A program made the position numbers and the translations under genes. The notes under the pieces are model-generated. The model was not told where the DNA came from and searched no databases. It saw only the letters and a list, made by a program, of their open reading frames with translations. DNA of 37,003 nt, taken from IMG/VR virus record IMGVR_UViG_3300050150_000008, positions 1 through 37,003 of that record; one strand, written 5' to 3'. Below are positions 28,219 through 36,622 of the stretch, piece after piece; position 1 is the stretch's first letter; each line of letters begins with the position of its first letter. This DNA comes from a virus (Duplodnaviria; Caudoviricetes).

Positions 28219-28437
28219 TTAAGGAACACCTTTATTCATGTCTTCTTGACGTTCTCCGTCAGTGAGAATACCCCATTCTTCGTCGAGCATGGCGGTGATT
28301 TGCTCTTCGTCGTAGCCGTCGTTGAAGACGTCTTCGATAGCCATAAGGCAAGAACCACAAGGGTCCCACTCTCCGTGGTCTTTCGACCAGTGGACTTCCT
28401 CAGGGGATAGCGTCTTGTCACAGATATGACACTTCAT
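28219..28437 (-). CDS. Small Zn-finger protein
   Basis: MKCHICD..CGSC, acidic tail, AAGGAG RBS. Confidence 0.75.
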   Translation of the reverse strand: MKCHICDKTLSPEEVHWSKDHGEWDPCGSCLMAIEDVFNDGYDEEQITAMLDEEWGILTDGERQEDMNKGVP

Positions 28438-28451
28438 TGACCTTACTCCTT

Positions 28452-28480
28452 ATTATATCATTGTTCTATGGGAAAGTCAA
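28452..28480 (-). promoter_or_regulatory. Sigma70 promoter upstream of the Zn-finger gene
   Basis: TTGACT-17 nt-TATAAT with TG; -35 overlaps the ATP-grasp stop; very short leader. Confidence 0.75.
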
Positions 28481-29247
28481 GAGAAAAATTCGGCGTAATC
28501 CGTAACAGTCTGACCTTCAAGACCTGGAGCGGTGTTGACTTCGAGAACGAAAGAACGGCTTTGACGGGTGTTCCAGATGACATCGACTGCACCGAAGTCC
28601 AAACCAAGACAAGCAATAGTTGTCTTAGCAGCTTGGATACAGTGCATAGGGACTTCAATGCCTTGACGTTGAAAAACGAATCCGTTGTCGAGATTACGGA
28701 CACGCCAGTCAGTAGGTTCAACGTCTTGACGACGGACTTTTTGCTGGCGAGAAATCACGACTTCTTCGGTAATGTAACCATTCGTGCTTCTATGGTCGTC
28801 AAGACCAACAAACACCGAACGCTGGCCGACATGGATACGATATTCGGAAGCTTTCTTTACGTATTTGACGTAAAGAGGAGCAGGTACGAGATCGTCCCGA
28901 CGATCAGCAATGACAATGCCGTTGCCGCTATGTCCGTTGAGGACAGTTCGACAGACAATCGGAAACGCCTCGTCAGGAATGTCGGCTGGGCTAGTCCAGA
29001 AATCAGGGACGAGTCCTGTACTTTCCATTGCCTGAAAAAAAGTAAGCTTGTTCGTTGCTCGTTCGACAGCATTGTTGTAGATCCTCGGAAAGGTGAAACC
29101 GTGGTTGTTGTTACCCCAGTTGATAACCTTGTCGCCGTCTCGATACCGATAACGACTGCCTTCAAGCTTCAAGACACGACCACCAAGGGCTTGTGCCAAG
29201 GCAGCCGCTGAGCGACTACCCTGACGGTAAGGGATAATACGAATCAT
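28477..29247 (-). CDS. ATP-grasp ligase (RimK-like, phiEco32 cluster type)
   Basis: NKL, GHSGNGI, EYRIHV, LDFGAVD, LEVNTAPG. Confidence 0.9.
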   Translation of the reverse strand: MIRIIPYRQGSRSAAALAQALGGRVLKLEGSRYRYRDGDKVINWGNNNHGFTFPRIYNNAVERATNKLTFFQAMESTGLVPDFWTSPADIPDEAFPIVCRTVLNGHSGNGIVIADRRDDLVPAPLYVKYVKKASEYRIHVGQRSVFVGLDDHRSTNGYITEEVVISRQQKVRRQDVEPTDWRVRNLDNGFVFQRQGIEVPMHCIQAAKTTIACLGLDFGAVDVIWNTRQSRSFVLEVNTAPGLEGQTVTDYAEFFS

Positions 29248-30524
29248 CAGAAATCATCCACAACAGGAGGAGCAGGAGGAACGTCCCAAATTGCCAAAGG
29301 CTCTTCATCATTGAAGACGTCTAACCAACCAGGGGCAGGCTGAGTAGTAATTTCCTCAACAAGAGAAGCAGTGGCAGCGCCGTCAGTAAGACCACGCCGA
29401 CGATTTGGAACAGGGGCTTGCGGAGTGTCTCGCAGGACTTCATTAAACCACCGAGGACTATCTGTCCTAACAGAGAACCTTTGAGCCGTACGAACCATCT
29501 CCTCGCTAATGGGAGATGCCTGCAAACGAAGCCCTTCACGTGAAGAGCGAGGACTTCGCCGTCCTCCTTCATCAAAAGGGTTAGGAATATAAACCTTGTT
29601 AACCTCCTTCATCCAATCGTTCCAAGGAAAACCCTGACTCAAAGACTGGGAGCGACGAAACCCTTCGAGGACGCTACGCTCGAAATCTTTGTTTTCTTCA
29701 AGAGAAAGCACAGTGTCGAAAAATTCGACAGAGACCTCACCGAGTTGGCAAATCTCACCAAAGATTTCACGAGCAGGACGTTCCGAAAGATCGTTGGCAA
29801 TCAACGAAGGATTCGGAAAACGAGTCACGGCATAATCAACCAAAGCCTTGAGGAACTTCGCCCAATCAATAATCGGTTGATACGTCGTCGAACCTGCCAT
29901 GGTACGAAACTCGAGACTACCAAGAGTCGGAAGAGTCGCAACATTGAGAGCGGCGTATTTGAAGCGCCCCTCAGGAAAGTCATAACGACCACGGCTGAGA
30001 AGATTCTCCCAGCCACGAATGAGATTGTTCGAATCTTTGACCGAGAGACAGAAGTGATTCGTCTTGCGCTGGACACCACACCAGTTAATCAGAGCTTCCT
30101 CAAAAGCAGTCCAAAGACAGATGATTGAGGTAATCTCGTTGATTTTCTTGCCGCCCATGTTGATGTGGACGTGAGTCGAACAACGATTGCTGAGATTGAA
30201 CCGAGTCTGATGCCGAGTGAACTTTTCCCAAAGCCGACTGAGCATGAACTCAAGTTCTTCGGCATAAATAGGAGTCGTCACGACGAATTCGGCGCTCTCA
30301 CCACGAAGAGAACCGTCACGCTTCGGCGACCACATAGCCATGCTCTTCGGAGCCTGAATGTCAGCGAGATGACCAGCCGAAGGAAGATTGAGAGCTTCAA
30401 TCTCAAGTTCGAGACCGATGTCACCAAGACCGTTCACAGCAACAAGAGGGCTGTTAAGAGGAAGACCAGGAATCGCCTGGTCACTCGGTTCTTTTTTCTT
30501 GAGGTATTCGTCCAGAAAAGCCAT
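29247..30524 (-). CDS. Amidoligase (COOH-NH2 ligase, glutamine synthetase/GCS fold)
   Basis: GLELEIE, DGSL..AEFV, CSTHVHIN, KYAALN, SLEFR; start probably ATG 30524. Confidence 0.88.
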   Translation of the reverse strand: MAFLDEYLKKKEPSDQAIPGLPLNSPLVAVNGLGDIGLELEIEALNLPSAGHLADIQAPKSMAMWSPKRDGSLRGESAEFVVTTPIYAEELEFMLSRLWEKFTRHQTRFNLSNRCSTHVHINMGGKKINEITSIICLWTAFEEALINWCGVQRKTNHFCLSVKDSNNLIRGWENLLSRGRYDFPEGRFKYAALNVATLPTLGSLEFRTMAGSTTYQPIIDWAKFLKALVDYAVTRFPNPSLIANDLSERPAREIFGEICQLGEVSVEFFDTVLSLEENKDFERSVLEGFRRSQSLSQGFPWNDWMKEVNKVYIPNPFDEGGRRSPRSSREGLRLQASPISEEMVRTAQRFSVRTDSPRWFNEVLRDTPQAPVPNRRRGLTDGAATASLVEEITTQPAPGWLDVFNDEEPLAIWDVPPAPPVVDDF

Positions 30525-30525
30525 G

Positions 30526-31176
30526 TCAAAACTCCGAAATATTTTCAATAGGAAGAGTAGGCGCTTCGATCAACTCCTCCTTGAGAAAAGAAAAACGACT
30601 CATGAGGAGAATCGAAGAATTGTCAGTGAAAAGACCGACTTTCGAAGTGTCTTTGTAAAGCCAACGAATTCCGTTGTTGTCACGAAACACCGCGAGATTG
30701 TTCGAGATAGCAATGGTGTCGCCGATACGAATGTTTGTCAAGGTGTCTGCCAAAGAAGGAAAGACACCGTTGTTGGCATCGGAAAAACCAGGATCGGAAA
30801 CAAAACTCTCTAAACGAATGTCACGGGAAAAAGTCTCACCGCTTCTATCGACGGCTAAGACAGTGGTGTTTTCACCAGTGAAGCCATGACGAGTCGTACG
30901 AACGACACGACGCTCAAGGTAAAGGGCACGACCTTGGCTGATGTTGTTGCTCCATCCGAGACGAGGAAGATTCCGAAAATGATGGAAGAGAGGATCGGCG
31001 AGATTCAAACGAGTCGTGGCACCGACAGGAAAAATCCTGACGTCTGCAAAGATTTGCTCGTCACGACTCGGCAAGATACGCTCAACCAGAGCCGGTGAAG
31101 TCCCGTAAAGAACAACCGACCCTGTGAGACGCTCCGAAGCCTGCTGCGAATCTTCCCAAAAGGCGTCGTTACGCAT
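30526..31176 (-). CDS. Hypothetical protein within the ligase cluster
   Basis: Tightly packed between the two ligases; start MRNDAFW at 31176 (track gives 31206). Confidence 0.7.
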   Translation of the reverse strand: MRNDAFWEDSQQASERLTGSVVLYGTSPALVERILPSRDEQIFADVRIFPVGATTRLNLADPLFHHFRNLPRLGWSNNISQGRALYLERRVVRTTRHGFTGENTTVLAVDRSGETFSRDIRLESFVSDPGFSDANNGVFPSLADTLTNIRIGDTIAISNNLAVFRDNNGIRWLYKDTSKVGLFTDNSSILLMSRFSFLKEELIEAPTLPIENISEF

Positions 31177-32071
31177 CGGCTTTTTCCTTCTGTTCGTATT
31201 GGGCACGGATGTTACCTTCCTTGCGGACTTGAGTCATCCACTTCTGCGAACCCCAAGTGTTATCGGCAACATAAGTCATGGCAACCAATGCCCGTTGCCA
31301 ATCGCCGGTGTCGATGATTTCACGAATCTGATCTTGGGTCAGATTGAAAATACGCTCGACGGTCTTCTTCGAACGAAGACTGTTGACAGCAAGCTGACAG
31401 AGTTCGAAAATGGCACGACGACGACCGACATGACTGAGCCAGACATTCGACGGAGTCCGATATTCGACGCCGTAAGGCTTGGGACGGAAAGCACCAGCCT
31501 TGCCGTAGAGTTCACGACGACGACTCTCGGAATCAATGATCGTCATAAACAAACCGACATAGCCGTCGAGACGCTTCACGGCGTTGCGGCAGATTTCGAT
31601 GTGGTCGGGGTGATCGACAGGAATATCCGAACCCCAGCCGATGTGGATGTGACCTGCGGCGGTACGGAAGAGGACTTCGCCGTTGGGACGAGGATTGACT
31701 TCGCCGGTATAGGCGTTGTAATCAGGATCACAACCAAGATCCTTGGCAGCGATAGGTTGAGCCGCGAGATACTCTTCCGAAAATTCCTGGACAGGAATGA
31801 TGTTCAGAGTGTTCCGAGGATCAACATCCTTGACGGCTTTCCGAAGAGACGAAACGACGTCAGTGATGCGACTGTCGAAAGTCGAAAAGTTGTTGCCCAT
31901 CAAAGGAGTCGGATCGACGTTGAACTCGACAGCCATGCCATCGACTTGGTAGGCTCCGTTCGGGACAGGGAAAGGTTCAGCTTTCGTGCCCTTGATGAGG
32001 CCGTAAGCCGATACAGGCTTGCCGTCTTTGCGAACGAACAGTTCAGGGTCAGCACCAATGGTAAACGACAT
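31169..32071 (-). CDS. phiEco32-like COOH-NH2 ligase type 2
   Basis: IGADPELF, QVDGMAVEFN, GCDPDYNAY, RTAAGHIHIG, RRELYGKAGAFRPKPYGVEYRTPSN. Confidence 0.92.
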   Translation of the reverse strand: MSFTIGADPELFVRKDGKPVSAYGLIKGTKAEPFPVPNGAYQVDGMAVEFNVDPTPLMGNNFSTFDSRITDVVSSLRKAVKDVDPRNTLNIIPVQEFSEEYLAAQPIAAKDLGCDPDYNAYTGEVNPRPNGEVLFRTAAGHIHIGWGSDIPVDHPDHIEICRNAVKRLDGYVGLFMTIIDSESRRRELYGKAGAFRPKPYGVEYRTPSNVWLSHVGRRRAIFELCQLAVNSLRSKKTVERIFNLTQDQIREIIDTGDWQRALVAMTYVADNTWGSQKWMTQVRKEGNIRAQYEQKEKADA

Positions 32072-32081
32072 ATAGGTATCC

Positions 32082-33554
32082 TTAAGCAACGACCGAAGTG
32101 TCGGTCACACAAGATTGACACAGAAAGAAGGCTTTACCTTCCCAAGGTGTTTTGGCAGATTGGTCAAGAAAGATTTCAAAAACTTCCTTGAGATCTCCGA
32201 CAGGGTGTTTGCAAAATTGACAGACGCAATCCGTCAGTTCTTCAAAACGAGCCGAAGACATTTCATGTCCGGTTTTGTTGTCCGTGATGAAATCAATTCC
32301 GGCGACGGTTCGCAGCGAAGTCTTCGAAATCGAACTGCGCTGAGCGATTGAGTTTCGCTCCCTCTCTGTCCAGTTTCTTGAGGGCCTTCCTCTGAGCGCC
32401 GACGGAGAGTTGCTTGAATTCGGAGACACCAACGATAGCCTTGGACGCCCTGAACTTGTCGAATTCGTCAACGCCGTCTTGGAATCCGAACCAGTCGCAG
32501 AAGAGGGTGGTGATCCGATTGTAACCATGTTCGTATTCGTAGACTCGTCCGCTCTCGGCGTAAGCGCCTGCTGGCTTAGGAGTCGAGGGGACGGAAGCCA
32601 CATTCCCCCCTCGCCGAGGATGTAGTCCTCCATTCCGATATCGTCGAGCTGATCGTCTGGAAGTGAAAAAGGGTCGGCTACCTCTCCTCCTTGGTCGGGG
32701 ACATCAACCACAGTAACGTTGCCCATACCGTTGCGACTTCGAAACCCCCAGTCATTCCCAGTCAAGCCACGGTTGTTCATACCCGACGACACTACGTTTC
32801 CCGTGTAAGTTCGAACCTCCGAAGCAAGCTCAACAGGTTCAGCAAGGGTGAAGATCTCCGAAGGAGTCTTGCCCAACCAATTGATTTTGTAGGAGAAAAG
32901 ACGATTCTCGGGAAGCTTCCAGAACATCGGCTCACCTGTCTCGGGATCGCCTTGGAAGAGTTTGTACTTGTCACGACTGAATGCGTTGATCATCCAAGGC
33001 TCGGAAGCCCAGATCATGACTTTCTTGTCTTCGGTATAACCGAACCAGAGAGGACGCTCGGCGTTGCGAAGAAAGTTCAAAGTCTTCTCGTTCGAGTCAT
33101 ACCAAACAAGAGCCCAAGCGCCTTGCATCTGAGGGATCGTCTCACGAACGCCCTCTTTGCTGATCTTCGAAAAAAGAAAATCAGAGTCGACCTCGAAAGT
33201 CGAAGCCCCTGACATGTTGTAATGACCACGGAGAGTTCCGTTGTGGACACCAAGGATGTGGTCATGTTCAAAAGGGTGGGCGTTCCGACCAGTGACGGCA
33301 CCGAAAGTCTTGGCACGGCAATGGCCGACCATGATCTTGGCGTTGGTGACGTCGACGATCTTGTCATAAGACTTCGTATCGAGAAGCTGTTCAGGCGTCC
33401 CGACAGTCTTGACGAAGCCGGTCACGCCGGTATTGTTGACCGAAAAAGCCCCCGTCGAGTCACGACCACGGACTTGACAGACCCGCAGAAGGTCTTTGAA
33501 TGCGTCGCGATGACCTGCGTTGATGTCACCAGCGATACCTACGATGCCACACAT
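32082..33554 (-). CDS. Class II (Ntn) glutamine amidotransferase with long linker and C-terminal Zn finger
   Basis: MCGIVG at 33554 (TAATG coupling), RGRDSTG, GHCR..T, NAHPF, HNGT, VDS; ends in CQFC..CQSC. Confidence 0.9.
   Translation of the reverse strand: MCGIVGIAGDINAGHRDAFKDLLRVCQVRGRDSTGAFSVNNTGVTGFVKTVGTPEQLLDTKSYDKIVDVTNAKIMVGHCRAKTFGAVTGRNAHPFEHDHILGVHNGTLRGHYNMSGASTFEVDSDFLFSKISKEGVRETIPQMQGAWALVWYDSNEKTLNFLRNAERPLWFGYTEDKKVMIWASEPWMINAFSRDKYKLFQGDPETGEPMFWKLPENRLFSYKINWLGKTPSEIFTLAEPVELASEVRTYTGNVVSSGMNNRGLTGNDWGFRSRNGMGNVTVVDVPDQGGEVADPFSLPDDQLDDIGMEDYILGEGGMWLPSPRLLSQQALTPRADESTNTNMVTIGSPPSSATGSDSKTALTNSTSSGRPRLSLVSPNSSNSPSALRGRPSRNWTERERNSIAQRSSISKTSLRTVAGIDFITDNKTGHEMSSARFEELTDCVCQFCKHPVGDLKEVFEIFLDQSAKTPWEGKAFFLCQSCVTDTSVVA
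32293..32601 (-). CDS. Putative overlapping gene in the -1 frame of the amidotransferase linker (102 aa)
   Basis: GTG start preceded by GAGGGGGG; C-ending codons match neighbouring genes, whereas the main frame here is S/T/R-rich and uses CTA/TCA. Confidence 0.55.
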   Translation of the reverse strand: MASVPSTPKPAGAYAESGRVYEYEHGYNRITTLFCDWFGFQDGVDEFDKFRASKAIVGVSEFKQLSVGAQRKALKKLDREGAKLNRSAQFDFEDFAANRRRN

Positions 33555-34369
33555 TATGCTTCGACTCCCATGTTCAAGGCCGTGGCTGCAATAGCAGTGG
33601 CTTCCTTTTGACGAGCTTCCGAAGGAGCTTCGTCTTTCCAATTGTCAAGAAATTCCTTGAGGCGAGTCATCGTCCAATGACGGAAGACGTCGTCACCGAC
33701 TTCGGGATGCCCTTGAACAAAGAAACAACCAGTCTCGTCGTAAGAGCCTGCCTCGATTTCGAGTTCAGACACCGCCGCCGAATTGGTGCCAGCCGATACG
33801 TGGACAGTGCCACAGGCGTCTTTGAAAGACGTCGCGACTTGCTCACGAGTGATGGCGATGACGTTGATCTTGTCGTTGATCTGCAACATCTGGTGGTGAA
33901 TCGAAGTCGAACGAAGGATGTTACCCCACTCGACGTCGATGATGTCATGACTCGTGCCGTGGTTGTTGACGTCTTGCCAGAGCTTGCCGCCATTCATGGC
34001 ATGAAGGAACTGAGCGCCGCGACAGATGCCGAACATCGGCTTGCGATTCTTGACACACTGGCCGAAATGCCATTGTTCCGAAATGTCACGTTCGTTGTAG
34101 AAATGACTGGCGACATTCTTGTCACCATAGAGGGCAGGATTGATATCCGAACCTCCGGTGAAGACAACGACGTCTGCCTTTTCGACAGTGGTGGCGCGTT
34201 CAAAACCGAACTCAGCCATCAAAGAAACGACATTGCCGAAGAAAGCACCAGGAAGGACATAAGCCTTCAGACCCTTGAAGGAAGGTTTTTCCTTCTGAAG
34301 AGTCCAAGGCGTGAAACCCGAGAGGTCGATACGACCCTGAGTCTCAATGAGCTGCTTTGTCAAAGACAT
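33554..34369 (-). CDS. Class I glutamine amidotransferase / peptidase C26 (gamma-glutamyl hydrolase-like)
   Basis: FTGGSDI.P.LY, GICRGAQ, SIHHQM, QGHPE. Confidence 0.9.
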   Translation of the reverse strand: MSLTKQLIETQGRIDLSGFTPWTLQKEKPSFKGLKAYVLPGAFFGNVVSLMAEFGFERATTVEKADVVVFTGGSDINPALYGDKNVASHFYNERDISEQWHFGQCVKNRKPMFGICRGAQFLHAMNGGKLWQDVNNHGTSHDIIDVEWGNILRSTSIHHQMLQINDKINVIAITREQVATSFKDACGTVHVSAGTNSAAVSELEIEAGSYDETGCFFVQGHPEVGDDVFRHWTMTRLKEFLDNWKDEAPSEARQKEATAIAATALNMGVEA

Positions 34370-35318
34370 CAAGAAGTCCTTTCTTTTTCATGAAGGGAAT
34401 GACGACATTCCGAAGCTCGGAAAGAGTCACGACGTAAGGCATTTCCGACGACGGCGTGTTGAAACTCGAAGAAAAAGGATCGACAATCCTCTTCTCTTTG
34501 GTAGGCTTGCGGAAAGCCGAAAGCTCTTTGGCAAATTCCTTGTCCTTGAGAAGGCTTTGCGTGAAATACTGTCCGCTGGAGTAGGTATCACCTTTGGCTT
34601 GACAATACTTCAGACCCCCATAGATGGTTGCTTTGTGACGATAATGAGTCGTCTCGTCGTCCTTCAAAGAAGAACCGTAATCGCCGACAGCGAAATTCTT
34701 CATCGTTTCAAGGCTCGGCCAAAGAGGAAAAGCCGTGTGCGTCCACAAAGAACGGACTTTGAAATCACCTTCCGATTGAGACGGAAGGAAATTCCGAATG
34801 TTCGAATTGAAAGCGATGCCATAAGCGAAATCTTCAGGGTAACCTTCGGAAACAAGGTCATTGAAGAGTTCGAAAGGCTTTGCAATGCACTCGTAGAAAT
34901 GTCGACTCACGAGAAGAACATTCTGGAAGAGAGCCGACGGAACATCCGAACAGACGACAATGCCATGACGGAAGGCAAATTCGGGATCGTCTTTGTTCAG
35001 AATGAAGCGGGAAGCAAAAGACCGATTGAGGAAGTACTCGAAGAAAGGCCGCATGAGGTTGACAGACACCTTATCCCAATTACGAGTCGACCCGATTTCA
35101 GTTGCGATACAGGCCCGAGTTCCATCCAAATTAGTAAAATTCTGCATTCGACCGTGGCAAGGAGCGCCAAGATTGGCGTGGACAGTTCCTTTGTCGGTGA
35201 TGACAAAGAAGTTGGTGTTTCCCGTAAAATGTTTTTCTTGGTCGACCAGAGCCTTGAGACCGGCTTTGATGGCGACTTCAGGAGTCTTAGGGGAAAACGA
35301 AAGATCAGCAAGGTTCAT
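34344..35318 (-). CDS. Hypothetical protein (324 aa) at the head of the ligase cluster
   Basis: TAAGGA RBS, same codon bias, overlaps the GATase I start. Confidence 0.75.
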   Translation of the reverse strand: MNLADLSFSPKTPEVAIKAGLKALVDQEKHFTGNTNFFVITDKGTVHANLGAPCHGRMQNFTNLDGTRACIATEIGSTRNWDKVSVNLMRPFFEYFLNRSFASRFILNKDDPEFAFRHGIVVCSDVPSALFQNVLLVSRHFYECIAKPFELFNDLVSEGYPEDFAYGIAFNSNIRNFLPSQSEGDFKVRSLWTHTAFPLWPSLETMKNFAVGDYGSSLKDDETTHYRHKATIYGGLKYCQAKGDTYSSGQYFTQSLLKDKEFAKELSAFRKPTKEKRIVDPFSSSFNTPSSEMPYVVTLSELRNVVIPFMKKKGLLDVFDKAAH

Positions 35319-35327
35319 GGTCTTTCC

Positions 35328-35675
35328 TTATTTGCTGCGATACGACCGATACGAAGAGTAGGAAGGCCGATACGAAGACCGATAGGATGGCATCGAAGGA
35401 CGGTAGTTGTACGACTTCTGAGGGACGTACGAAGGTTTGTAGGGCGGTCGATAGTTGTGCTGCACAATCGTGGTGTGCGTCTGATTGACGACAGGAGAAG
35501 GGCGATTGCCGAGCATACGACCAGCAAGAAAGCCCACACCCGCTCCGATCAAACCGTCGGAAAAACCCGACCCTTGAGCAACCGGCTGGCCGGTATTGGG
35601 ATCGGTGATCGGGGCCGAGCAAGCCGTGAGCAAAGTCAACGAAAGCAGAGAAAGAAAAGCCATGATCTTCTTCAT
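35328..35675 (-). CDS. Lipoprotein with glycine-zipper segment and S/Y/R/P-rich tail
   Basis: GGAGG RBS; MKK..LLTA-C lipobox; GLIGAGVGFLAG; tail PSYRSSYRPSYSSYRSYRSK. Confidence 0.8.
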   Translation of the reverse strand: MKKIMAFLSLLSLTLLTACSAPITDPNTGQPVAQGSGFSDGLIGAGVGFLAGRMLGNRPSPVVNQTHTTIVQHNYRPPYKPSYVPQKSYNYRPSMPSYRSSYRPSYSSYRSYRSK

Positions 35676-35704
35676 AATTACCTCCAGAGATTAAAGTGTT
35701 GAAA

Positions 35705-36520
35705 TCAAACAGAATTCGAAGTCGTCGTACCATCGGACATGACACAACGGCGCATGAAATTCGTGATATTGGGCCATTCATCGGTGACACGAGCAACGCT
35801 CGCAAAAGGCCCGACCCAGCGACCATCGCGGCGAACACCAAAGAATTCTTCGAGAATTACCGACGTTTCAGTCGGAGCCGTTTCAATCACAGGGCGGACA
35901 TTCCGAATTCGAGGATAACGGGTATCGTTCGACCGACCGTTGTACCAGCCGTCGCTGAGATTGTAGAAATAGTCGTTGCTGATGCGGACTTCACCGATGC
36001 GATGATTGGCCAAGGCACGACCACGAATGAGACCATCATTTCTGCGATCAACGTCGTTGTCGACAATGAAAGGCGATCCGTCTTCGAATTCGTATTGACC
36101 ACCTTCAATCAAGGGCCAGAAAGAGAATTCCGAAGGAGAAGGAAGATAGAAGACTTCATTACCGGAATAGCGAATGTAGTGGTTGACGTAGTTCGAAGAG
36201 TTTTGATTCTTGAACCGCATCAGCATTTTGAAGCCGAGATCGAGAAGAGGTTTCGCCCAGAAAACGTCTTGACTGTCGGTGATGTTGATTTCGAGACAAC
36301 GCATACCGCCCTTGCCGGACAGCTCCTTGTCGAATTCTTCGACCATGCTTTTGAGACGCTCAAGCTTGGTCTGCTTGTCTTGAACAATCGACGAACCGCT
36401 GTTGTATCCGACTTTGTTCGGACTTTTCGGATCATTCGACAGATTGAAGATGTGGTTCAGACCACAGCAGCCGCCGCCATGAGGGATGCGCTTCAAACTG
36501 TCAGTCACAGGATAGGACAT
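35705..36520 (-). CDS. Hypothetical early protein, possibly with a GNAT-like N-terminal domain
   Basis: AAGGAG RBS; GCCG..LLDLGF....FKNQNSSN pattern. Confidence 0.65.
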   Translation of the reverse strand: MSYPVTDSLKRIPHGGGCCGLNHIFNLSNDPKSPNKVGYNSGSSIVQDKQTKLERLKSMVEEFDKELSGKGGMRCLEINITDSQDVFWAKPLLDLGFKMLMRFKNQNSSNYVNHYIRYSGNEVFYLPSPSEFSFWPLIEGGQYEFEDGSPFIVDNDVDRRNDGLIRGRALANHRIGEVRISNDYFYNLSDGWYNGRSNDTRYPRIRNVRPVIETAPTETSVILEEFFGVRRDGRWVGPFASVARVTDEWPNITNFMRRCVMSDGTTTSNSV

Positions 36521-36619
36521 TTATAACTCCTTATTGATAAACTTGATGATAAGCTCAGAGACGAGAACGGAGATGCCGATTGTGGCGGCAAATACTCCCA
36601 AAACAACGAAGTAGACCAT
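36521..36619 (-). CDS. 32-aa single-pass membrane peptide (not in ORF track)
   Basis: MVYFVVLGVFAATIGISVLVSELIIKFINKEL; starts 3 nt after the upstream stop and its TAA abuts the next ATG. Confidence 0.65.
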   Translation of the reverse strand: MVYFVVLGVFAATIGISVLVSELIIKFINKEL

Positions 36620-36622
36620 TTT

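Noticed and set aside
29321-29575. Second overprinted gene in the amidoligase tail
   Set aside because: Leu-rich product typical of a shifted frame, with TTG start and none of the codon-bias support seen at 32293-32601.
33555-33641. N-terminal extension of the class II GATase given by the ORF track
   Set aside because: Ntn enzymes need Cys at the N-terminus; MCG at 33554 is coupled to the upstream stop.
28468-36526. Long + strand ORFs (up to 451 aa) as real genes
   Set aside because: They are in codon register with motif-bearing minus-strand genes and explained by TTA/CTA/TCA avoidance; no recognisable motifs.
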